64,000 nucleotides of DNA from Octopus bimaculoides (taxonomy: Eukaryota). A model generated the notes under the pieces. The model searched no databases and was not told where the DNA came from. It saw only the letters and a program-made list of their open reading frames with translations. The stretch lies in contig NC_068987.1 of the NCBI RefSeq assembly GCF_001194135.2, positions 12,691,900-12,755,899 on the forward strand. The letters are read 5' to 3'. How positions within the stretch are numbered: position 1 is the stretch's first letter; each line of letters begins with the position of its first letter. Shown here piece after piece: positions 54,968-64,000 of the stretch. Position numbers and translations under genes: made by a program.

Positions 54968-55780
54968 AGGCGCAGGTGTGGATGTATGATAAAAAGCTTG
55001 CTTCCTAACCACATGGTCTAGGTTCAGTCCCATTGCGTGACACCATGGGCAAGTGTCATGTGAGTGGATTTGGTTGACGGAAACAGAAAGAAGCCAGTCG
55101 TGTATAGATTGTTGTTGTTGGCACTCCGTCGCTTACGACGTCGAGGGTTCCAGTTGATCCGATCAACGGAACAGCCTGCTCGTGAAATTAACGTGCAAGT
55201 GGCTGAGCACTCCACAGACACGTGTACCCTTAACGTAGTTCTCGGGGATATTCAGCGTGACAGTGTGACAAAGCTGACCCTTTGAATTACAGGCACAACA
55301 GAAACAGGAAGTAAGAGTGAGAGAAAGTTGTGGTGAAAGAGTACAGCAGGGTTCGCCACCGTCCCCTGCCGGAGCCTCGTGGAGCTTTAGGTGTTTTCGC
55401 TCAATAAACACTCACAACGCCCGGTCTGGAAATCGAAACCGCGATCCTATGACCGCAAGTCCACTGCCCTAACCACTGGGCCATTGCGCCACCACCGTGT
55501 ATATATATATGTGTGTATACGTATGTGTGTGCGTGTGTGTTTGTGTGCATACTTGTGTGTGTGTGTGTGTGTGTTCTTTGTAGTTGTGTCTCTTCCCTCA
55601 CACTTCCTGACAATCGATGCTGTTGTGTCTACGTCCCTGTAACTTAGCTGTTCGGCAAAATAGAGCGACAGAATGAGTTACAGATTTTAATAAAATTAAG
55701 CGCCAGAGTCGATTTGTCGCAGTAAAAATACTTTCAAGGCAGTTCCTTCAGCAGAGCGACAGTCTAATGTCTGCAAATAT
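54968..55780 (+). mobile_element. Family B SINE (CORE-like) split by the family C insertion
   Basis: Head aggcgcaggtgtgg...ggttcagtccca...tgggcaagtgtc (CORE-like TTGGGCAAGT), internal (TA)/(TG) tract, then tail ...gacaatcgatg...gtaacttagctgttcggcaaa..., matching the other family B copies. Confidence 0.8.
55107..55495 (-). mobile_element. Full-length family C SINE nested inside a family B SINE
   Basis: Reverse complement of the 13091 element with an (AAC)n tail. 8-bp TSD cgtgtata at 55099-55106 and 55496-55503. Confidence 0.9.
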
Positions 55781-56602
55781 GTAATAGATGAATGATAAAA
55801 GATAAAAGAGTTTATTTTCGTTATACACACGCAACCGTGTGGTGCCATCTGTTGGGGCACTACAGAACTAGTCTGGGAACTTTTTGATACCACCTCGTAT
55901 TTTATCTGAACACACACTAAAAAAAAATAATAAATAAGACTTCAATCTTTGCCGTAAGAAACGTATTTATTTAGAGAACGAAAATACTCGAATGAAGAAA
56001 CCTTTAGTGTATAACTGGTACTTAGGATGAACGGCAAATTCGACCTTTACGAAACAGAATTCAGATCGCAATGGGGCGTAAGCGTAGAATAGGTGGTTGT
56101 TCTAATCAAGAAAGTTATCTCAGAAGAGATCGTTATTGGAAATACTACAAAAGCATAAATATAGCATATTATCTCATACGTTGGATAATAGCGCCAAAAA
56201 ACATAGATAAAAAGAATAACCTATCTAGGATAGTTATATCGCCTCGCACTTTGAAGGTGCACTTTTGTTATAATACAGAAACTAGTGAGAATTACAAAGT
56301 ATATTAAAGATAGCGATATCTCCTGACAACCAATTATGTTATAATAAAACCTGTTAATGTCAAATTGGTGTGAAAGTTATAGCACATATCACCAATAAAT
56401 AGCTTCTCTAAAGTGCCTCTTTGAACAGTATTGGTTTATAGATGGTGGCTTTGTGGTATGTGGAATATAGGAGGACTTTTGTACAACAGAGAACAAGGTG
56501 AGGGCGCTGAGTAATCATTTAGTTTAGGGTTCGGTCCCATTGCGGGGCATTTTGGNNNNNNNNNNGATTATCGAACATATCAACACGAATACAGATTTTA
56601 GC

Positions 56603-56639
<37 letters not shown>

Positions 56640-56955
56640 TTCTCCCTCTCTCTCACGCACACACATACATGACGAGCTTTCACTTAATTTCCATGTACCA
56701 AATTCATTCACAAAGTATAGATCAGTTCTGGGTTATAGTAGAAGACACTGACCCAAAATGCCCCGCAATGGGACCGAACCCTAAACTAAATGATTACTCA
56801 GCGCCCTCACCTTGTTCTCTGTTGTACAAAAGTCCTCCTATANNNNNNNNNNATATATTTATATATATATATTTATATATATGTGTGGCCATGCTCGGGC
56901 ACCGGTTTGAACTTGACGGATTATCGAACATATCAACACGAATACAGATTTTAGC

Positions 56956-56994
<39 letters not shown>

Positions 56995-59559
56995 TTCTCC
57001 CTCTCTCTCACGCACACACATANNNNNNNNNNNNNNNNNNNNNNNNNNNNNNNNNNNTAATTTCCATGTACCAAATTCATTCACAAAGTATAGATCAGTT
57101 CTGGGTTATAGTAGAAGACACTGACCCAAAATGCCCCGCAATGGGACCGAACCCTAAACTAAATGATTACTCAGCGCCCTCACCTTGTTCTCTGTTGTAC
57201 AAAAGTCCTCCTATATATATATATATTTACTGGTACATTACCTATAACCAACTCTTATTTGTTTGGACTCCGTCTCCCTTCGTTCGACATTGAGAATTGA
57301 AAATTACATTTCTGGTTTGGTTTAAACATTAACTGTTTGTATCTACAATCTTTATTAGACATCTTTTCTGTCATATTCTTATCCGTTATATACATGTATG
57401 TGAATGTGTGAGTGAGTGAAAATGTGTGAGATGTATGTTTGTGTATACGTGCATGCTTGCGCACGCGCGCGTGTAAATATATTCATACACACAAACACAT
57501 ACACACACACCCACATGCGCACATATAAACTTCATTTATACAAACTTCATTTCATATAAAATTCATTTTCTGTATTTGATTAGTGCTGAATTGACCCCCG
57601 ACTTTTGTTAAAACAGTTTCCTAGCGATGCTGAAAGGCACACGTTTCACACAGTTTTTTTATCCCAATATAGGCGCGCTGCCAACGAACATCGCATCGCA
57701 TTAATGTTCTATCGGTTAGAGACCTGTGGAACCAGCCAGATACTATGTAGTAAACGTGTACTGACTGTAATGTATGTATAGAAATATTTAGAGACAATAT
57801 GTGTAGTATATCAAAATATTGCCTTTTAGTTGAAACTGATAAGGAATATTCAGATTAAATTCTTACAGACACAATGTTGCTCAGACTGACACGCACATAG
57901 ACCACACATCTCCACAAGCATACACCCACATAATCTTTTGCTTTTAGCTTTTACATGTTGACTGCAGCTATGCTGGGGCAACGCCTTGAAGAATTTTTAG
58001 TCTAATGAATGGGCCCTAATACTTTTATTTATTTTTTGTTTTAGCTTGGTACTTATTCTATGAATGTCTTTTGCCGGACCATTAGCTTGTGGAGACGTAA
58101 ACATACTAACACCGATTGTCAAGCGGTGGTGGAGGTCAAACACAGACAGAAACGTACAAACACACGCACACACACTAACCTCTTGTCTTCTATACTGCCC
58201 CGCTCTATTTACCGCATATATGTCAGAAAGTTCACTCCTCTCTAAGCATTAGTAAACCCCTTTCTCAGTGATCTTAACAAGTATATAATAACTTCCTAAG
58301 TGTCATTTGTATAGCATTTTTATTTTTCCACATTCGCCTGACCAGATGAACATGGATCACATCTAATATGCTTAGCAGGTATTTCGTCCGTCTTTACGTT
58401 CTGAGTTCAAATTCTGCCGATTCCGACTTTGCCTTTGGTTCTTTCGGTGCTGATAAAATAAGTACCAGTTGAACACTGGAGGTCGATGTAATCGACCTAG
58501 CCCATTCCCCCAAAATTGCTGGCATGTGCCAAAATTTGAAAATATTATTGCACAACCGTTTATATTCATGATGTGTCTAAACTATGCGTTTTTGAAACGA
58601 TGGTACTGAACGATCAGGTGTTATACTCTCACCTCTGTTCTTGGACTTACTATTCATATGAATGCAAGCGTGTGTGTATGTGTGTGTGTGGTTTAACCTA
58701 GCATTATTTCTAGATTATATATACGAACGGTAAACGGATATCCTACTCAAAATTGAACCAATTTTCTTTTGTTCTGAATGTTTTTGTATATTTCTTTTTT
58801 CCTTTTTCTGATGTTGCCAGACCGAGGAGTTATGACAAAATTGCAATTTCCTTTCTTTTTTGCATTGTTTCAGAAATATGGTTTCAGGCAGGCAACGCTA
58901 TATTTAGAGAAGTTATTTGCAATTAGTTATAAAGGATTCGAATTCTTAGATAGAAACTGTTTAGACAAAGAATTAAAATCGGTTCGGAGGATGAAAGAAA
59001 GAGAAACGTAGTTGCCATGTATATCAATATGAAGTAATAGATCGCTCTGATAACCTTTATGTAAGAATGTCTTAAAATCTAAACAAGACATACCAGGTTC
59101 TTGCCTAGCTTCTCAACATAGTCTAGTGGAGGTAATAGCAATTTGGCAAAGCTATATTTAGACAAGTAGTTATTCGCAATTAGTTACAAAGAATTCGAAC
59201 TCTCATGTATAGTTCCGTCGGTGAAGAATTAGAATCTACATCAAAATGAAAAAACCAAAAAAAAAAAGATTGATACATACATACATACACACACACTCAT
59301 ATATATATATATATATGTGTATANNNNNNNNNNNNNNNNNNNNNNNNNNNNNNNNNNNNNNNNNNNNNNNNNNNNNNNNNNNNNNNNNNNNNNNNNNNNN
59401 NNNNNNNNNNNNNNNNNNNNNNNNNNNNNNNNNNNNNNNNNNNNNNNNNNNNNNNNNNNNNNNNNNNNNNNNNNNNNNNNNNNNNNNNNNNNNNNNNNNN
59501 NNNNNNNNNNNNNNNNNNNNNNNNNNNNNNNNNNNNNNNNNNATATATATATATATATA

Positions 59560-59808
59560 TTGGGTTGGTGCATAATTATTGCGGGGTTTTTTTCAACAAA
59601 TTTTATTCAACAAAAACAATAACAAGTAACAAAAACATCTTTAAATGATTATTCCGGAACATATTCACCATCTACTTCAATTACTGCTTCCCATTTGCTT
59701 GGCAGACGGTCAGACCGTCATTTAAAGATATTTTTGTTAAATATTGTTATTGTTTTGGCTGAATAAAATTTGTTGAAAAAAAGCAGCAATAATTATGCAC
59801 CAACCCAA
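59560..59808 (-). mobile_element. Internally deleted Tc1/mariner element (MITE) inserted in a (TA)n tract
   Basis: TIRs ttgggttggtgcataattattgc / gcaataattatgcaccaacccaa (mariner TTAGGTTGGTGCA type), TA TSDs, inverted arms ~90 bp. Internal 59711-59649 reads DRLPSKWEAVIEVDGEYVPE*, a mariner transposase C-terminus (cf. Mos1 LPERWEKCVASDGKYFE). Confidence 0.85.
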
Positions 59809-59840
59809 TATATATAGATAGAGAAAGGGGTAGGAGAGGA

Positions 59841-59892
<52 letters not shown>

Positions 59893-60026
59893 AAACAAAA
59901 ATAGAGTGCTTAAATGTTTGTTACACGCGTTTCTATAAAGCGCTCAATTATTCATTAATACATATTACATAATATCATATAACTTAATATTAACGCTTAA
60001 CTACAGTGTTTCATCTGATAATATTG

Positions 60027-60239
60027 GTTTCGAATTTTGGCACAAGGCAAGCAATTTCGGAGGATGGGTAAACCGATTACATCGACCCCAGTGATCAACT
60101 GGTACTTATTTCATCAACCCCCGAATGAATGAAAAGCAAAGTCGACTTCGGTGGAATTTGAACCCAGGACGTAAAAAACGGACAAAATGCCGGCAAGCAT
60201 TTGTCGCGGTGTGCTAACGATTCTACCAGCTCACCGCCT
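60027..60239 (-). mobile_element. Full-length family A SINE
   Basis: Matches the family A consensus seen at 28.6, 28.8 and 42.3 kb. Confidence 0.85.
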
Positions 60240-60325
60240 AATTTAATCTAGTATTACTGAGCCTTTTGCTAGCAAAATCAAGCTGTTTGATTTTACAAGT
60301 ATTGTGCTCAATATTACTGGAGAGA

Positions 60326-60475
60326 AAGGCAGCGAGCTGGCAGAAACGTTAATACGCCGGGTGAAATGCTTAGCGGTATTTCGTCTGTCTTTACGTTCTG
60401 AGTTCAAATTCCGCCGAGGTCGACTGGCGCCCCGCTCCAAGATTTCGAGCCTTGTGCCTAGAGCAGAAAAGAATA
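60326..60475 (+). mobile_element. Internally deleted family A SINE, head-to-head with the 60027 copy
   Basis: aaggcagcgagctggcagaaacgtta...gagttcaaattccgccgaggtcgac, jumping to the tail ccttgtgcctagag. Confidence 0.85.
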
Positions 60476-61748
60476 TTGCTTGATGGAATAGTGTCGCTAC
60501 TTAATAATATAAAGTAATATAATGTTATGTCATATTATGCATAACTGAATTAATGACTACTCAATAGAAACGTGTGTAGCAAAAATTTTAGATATCTATT
60601 TATGTTCCTTTACTATATTATGCACTGCGCAATTACGTGCACCCATGAGATGTCGAGTTCGCTCCCACGGCATGGCACTTTGGGCAAATGTAACGTTCTA
60701 TAATCTCGGTTCAACCTACATCTTTTGAAGGAGATTGCATAGATAGAAACTGTACAGAAGCCCATTAGATGGATTATATTGTGTCAAACTGATTCTGACT
60801 GAGATTTATAATCCTCCTCTTACGCGTTAGTTTAGGGGTAATTCAATTGATTAATTGATTGCACAACTCAAACCTCATCACCGAACGACGTAGATCCACC
60901 TTCATGAAAACAGCATGTGCACCCGTGTATGCACCAAAGATATGTCGACGGGGGTCTATGAAGTAAATTATAACCACCTTCTCATAAAATACAGCTTTTG
61001 ATTTACAGAAATATCAATCGTGATGTGTGAAAGTCGTACAGTGAGCATCCGTTACGAATGAAGCGGGGAAGGTGGAAAATGTGTAAATGCGAATCTCATT
61101 GACTGAGATGGCAGTTACCTCTCCCTTGCAATGCCGTCATTATAACGTGCTACTGAAAAAATATTAGTACCTTGAAATGTAATTCAAATGTACACAAATA
61201 CTCGGTCGTTAGTGATGTGACAACGCTGATTATACAAAGGCAGACGTGCTAACAACAGGGTATCTATATCATCATTCGATACGCTGGAAATAGCAACTAA
61301 ATTTTCCTCATATCAGACCCTATGATAATTAAAAAAATGAGAATTTCACGCACTGGAAAGTGAAATTTTGGTCATAGCGTATAACGTAATCCAGATTACA
61401 TTATAATTCGTGATGCTAATGGTTGATATTCCTTTGCCTTTCATCATATATGTACTTAGTGAAGGTTGGCCTGTGGTGTTTAAAGTTTTTTATCAAGTCA
61501 GATTTAGATTTTTTTGTTGTTTATTTTTGGTAAACACCAGTTTGTAGCCAGCGCCGGGCATAGAGCGAGTTTCCCAATCAAAATTGAGTCCGTGACCCAG
61601 TTTCAGTTCTTTAGTGCTATGAAAAGACTGAACACCACAGCATCTTTTTTATCTTGAATGAATCAAATATCGGTCCTATATACACACGTATACAGACACA
61701 CACAAACACAAACACACACACACACAAATATATATATACATACATACA

Positions 61749-61808
<60 letters not shown>

Positions 61809-62255
61809 CAGAAATATTACGTTTATAAAAAATTGGGATGTTGTAGTATTCAGTATATATATATATATATNNNNNNNNNNNNNNNNNNNNNNNNNNNNNN
61901 NNNNNNNNNNNNNNNNNNNNNNNNNNNNNNNNNNNNNNNNNNNNNNNNNNNNNNNNNNNNNNNNNNNNNNNNNNNNNNNNNNNNNNNNNNNNNNNNNNNN
62001 NNNNNNNNNNNNNNNNATATATATACCATGCACGAAAGGGAAAGGTTTGACATTAGGGCAACAAACGACAACATATTTTATCGAATTCAAAGTAACTGAA
62101 CAGCGGAAGTAGTCACCGGAAGTATTTGAATTCATAACAGTAATTACCTATTACATCAAAGAACATGGCTCAACTATTACGATTGACTCTTAAACAGAGA
62201 CATAAATCATTCTTTCTACTCTGGACAGAAGGCCTGAAATTTTATGTGTAAACAA

Positions 62256-62344
<89 letters not shown>

Positions 62345-62663
62345 ATGTGTGAATATATGTACATGTATTGTGTCTGTGTATGTATGTATACGTATATATA
62401 TGGAACCGATATCTTATTTATGAGATAAAAGTGATGCTGTGATGATCATCGACACCATTGCTCAAATGAAACTTATTTTATTGACCTCAGGGGGGTTAAA
62501 GGCAAAGTTGACCTCGGTGGTATTTGAACTGACAACGTAAAGAGCTAGAAGAATTGCAGCTAAGCGTACCAACTCGCCTTGACATACATAAATAATAACA
62601 GAAAATGTTATGAATTATTTTAAATTTAAAAAATTACAAAACAAAACAAAAACATCCACTTAC

Positions 62664-62796
62664 CAAACTTTGAGTTTTGCAATAAAATCAATAATTAATC
62701 GAATGTAGTTGATATCAGCAGGTATTTTTATTAATTTTTTTTTTTCCAGTGTCGCGTGAGAATTTACCAATATTTAAAAACAGAAAAAAACTTAAA
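62664..62796 (-). other. Candidate non-coding (5' UTR) exon of the twitchin transcript
   Basis: A ~50-nt polypyrimidine tract ending ...ctcttctgtctttttatatAG| (AG at 62798-62797) and a strong donor TTG|GTAAGT (62663-62658) bracket a 133-nt segment on the twitchin strand. Supported by splice signals only. Confidence 0.4.
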
Positions 62797-63813
62797 CTAT
62801 ATAAAAAGACAGAAGAGCGAGAGGTACAAAAGGAAAAAAAAAAAAAAAGAATTAAGAGACAAGTGGGTGATGACTTATAGCAGACGACCCCATTGCTGTT
62901 AGCAAAAGAATACTAAGAGAAAAAAGAGAAAAAACAGACGTTACTTGCCGGAAGAGAAAAAACGAACTACTACGCTGACGCCAGCTTCAGTTTAAGCAAA
63001 TAGGTGAATCCTGCGAGATGCTAAGATTACGAGTTGGGGTGAGGAAGTGGGATCACCGCAGCCCCGTCTAGCAGTTTCGCATTAATAGGAGGTAGTAGCT
63101 GATTGTATTTTACAGCAAAAATGATATCAACAAAAGAGTAACTTTTGGCTTTCGAAATATAACCAGATATATTTACACAAGATGTAACTTTATNNNNNNN
63201 NNNNNNNNNNNNNNNNNNNNNNNNNNNNNNNNNNNNNNNNNNNNNNNNNNNNNNNNNNNNNNNNNNNNNNNNNNNNNNNNNNNNNNNNNNNNNNNNNNNN
63301 NNNNNNNNNNNNNNNNNNNNNNNNNNNNNNNNNNNNNNNNNNNNNNNNNNNNNNNNNNNNNNNNNNNNNNNNNNNNNNNNNNNNNNNNNNNNNNNNNNNN
63401 NNNNNNNNNNNNNNNNNNNNNNNNNNNNNNNNNNNNNNNNNNNNNNNNNNNNNNNNNNNNNNNNNNNNNNNNNNNNNNNNNNNNNNNNNNNNNNNNNNNN
63501 NNNNNNNNNNNNNNNNNNNNNNNNNNNNNNNNNNNNNNNNNNNNNNNNNNNNNNNNNNNNNNNNNNNNNNNNNNNNNNNNNNNNNNNNNNNNNNNNNNNN
63601 NNNNNNNNNNNNNNNNNNNNNNNNNNNNNNNNNNNNNNNNNNNNNNNNNNNNNNNNNNNNNNNNNNNNNNNNNNNNNNNNNNNNNNNNNNNNNNNNNNNN
63701 NNNNNNNNNNNNNNNNNNNNNNNNNNNNNNNNNNNNNNNNNNNNNNNNNNNNNNNNNNNNNNNNNNNNNNNNNNNNNNNNNNNNNNNNNNNNNNNNNNNN
63801 NNNNNNNNNNNNN

Positions 63814-63860
<47 letters not shown>

Positions 63861-64000
63861 CAGGCAAATAGATAGATAGATAGATAGATAACAGAAAATG
63901 GAATTAACGAGATTCTTTACTCAAAATCGCTACAATAGCTTCGATGCGTTCTCGCACTTGTAGTTCATAGGTGAGAGGTTGTGCAATCATTACCTTATAT

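Larger units (their letters stand above)
1766..63813. other. Assembly gaps (16)
   Basis: N runs at 1766-1947, 2900-3094, 21117-21477, 30093-30211, 32571-33019, 34464-34623, 35455-35678, 38754-38763, 44743-44828, 48217-48425, 56556-56565, 56843-56852, 57023-57057, 59324-59542, 61871-62016 and 63194-63813. Most are flanked by microsatellites. Confidence 0.95.

Noticed and set aside
55064-55411. Similar ORFs at 5290, 13265 and 55064-55411 suggesting a gene family
   Set aside because: All are translations of the family C SINE tail.
56465-57202. Tandem duplication (56566-56842 vs 56919-57202) plus an inverted copy (56465-56555)
   Set aside because: The copies are essentially identical and are separated by short placeholder gaps (two of 10 N, one of 35 N). 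Most likely redundant or mis-oriented contig ends around a family B SINE, i.e. an assembly artefact. Long reads would settle it.
1651-63867. Many long ORFs rich in YI/CV/HT/X, poly-N/I/L, ER or LS
   Set aside because: Translations of microsatellites and N-gaps; not coding evidence.

Overview
AT-rich eukaryotic genomic DNA, dense in microsatellites and containing 16 N-gaps. The repeat repertoire and the one recognisable exon point to a coleoid cephalopod, most likely Octopus (inference, not a database result). Only one protein-coding exon is well supported: a minus-strand exon (11547-11205) carrying the start codon and first Ig domain of twitchin/UNC-22/projectin. A splice acceptor and two in-frame stops lie upstream of its ATG. 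So 1-11204 is downstream intron, and much or all of 11548-64000 is probably 5'-UTR intron. The rest is tRNA-derived SINEs (at least 4 families, some with clear TSDs, one nested), LINE fossils (RTE/Rex3-like, CR1/Jockey-like, R4/Dong-like, HERO-like), hAT- and mariner-type MITEs, minisatellites and simple repeats. Most interesting candidates: (i) a non-coding leader exon about 51 kb upstream (62664-62796); (ii) an inverted pair of an unclassified ~290-bp repeat with two stems showing compensatory changes (possible pseudoknot); (iii) a degraded coding island at 17.8-19.4 kb; (iv) inverted SINE pairs that could form ADAR substrates. There is no CRISPR, rRNA or true tRNA, and I cannot claim a confirmed novel system.
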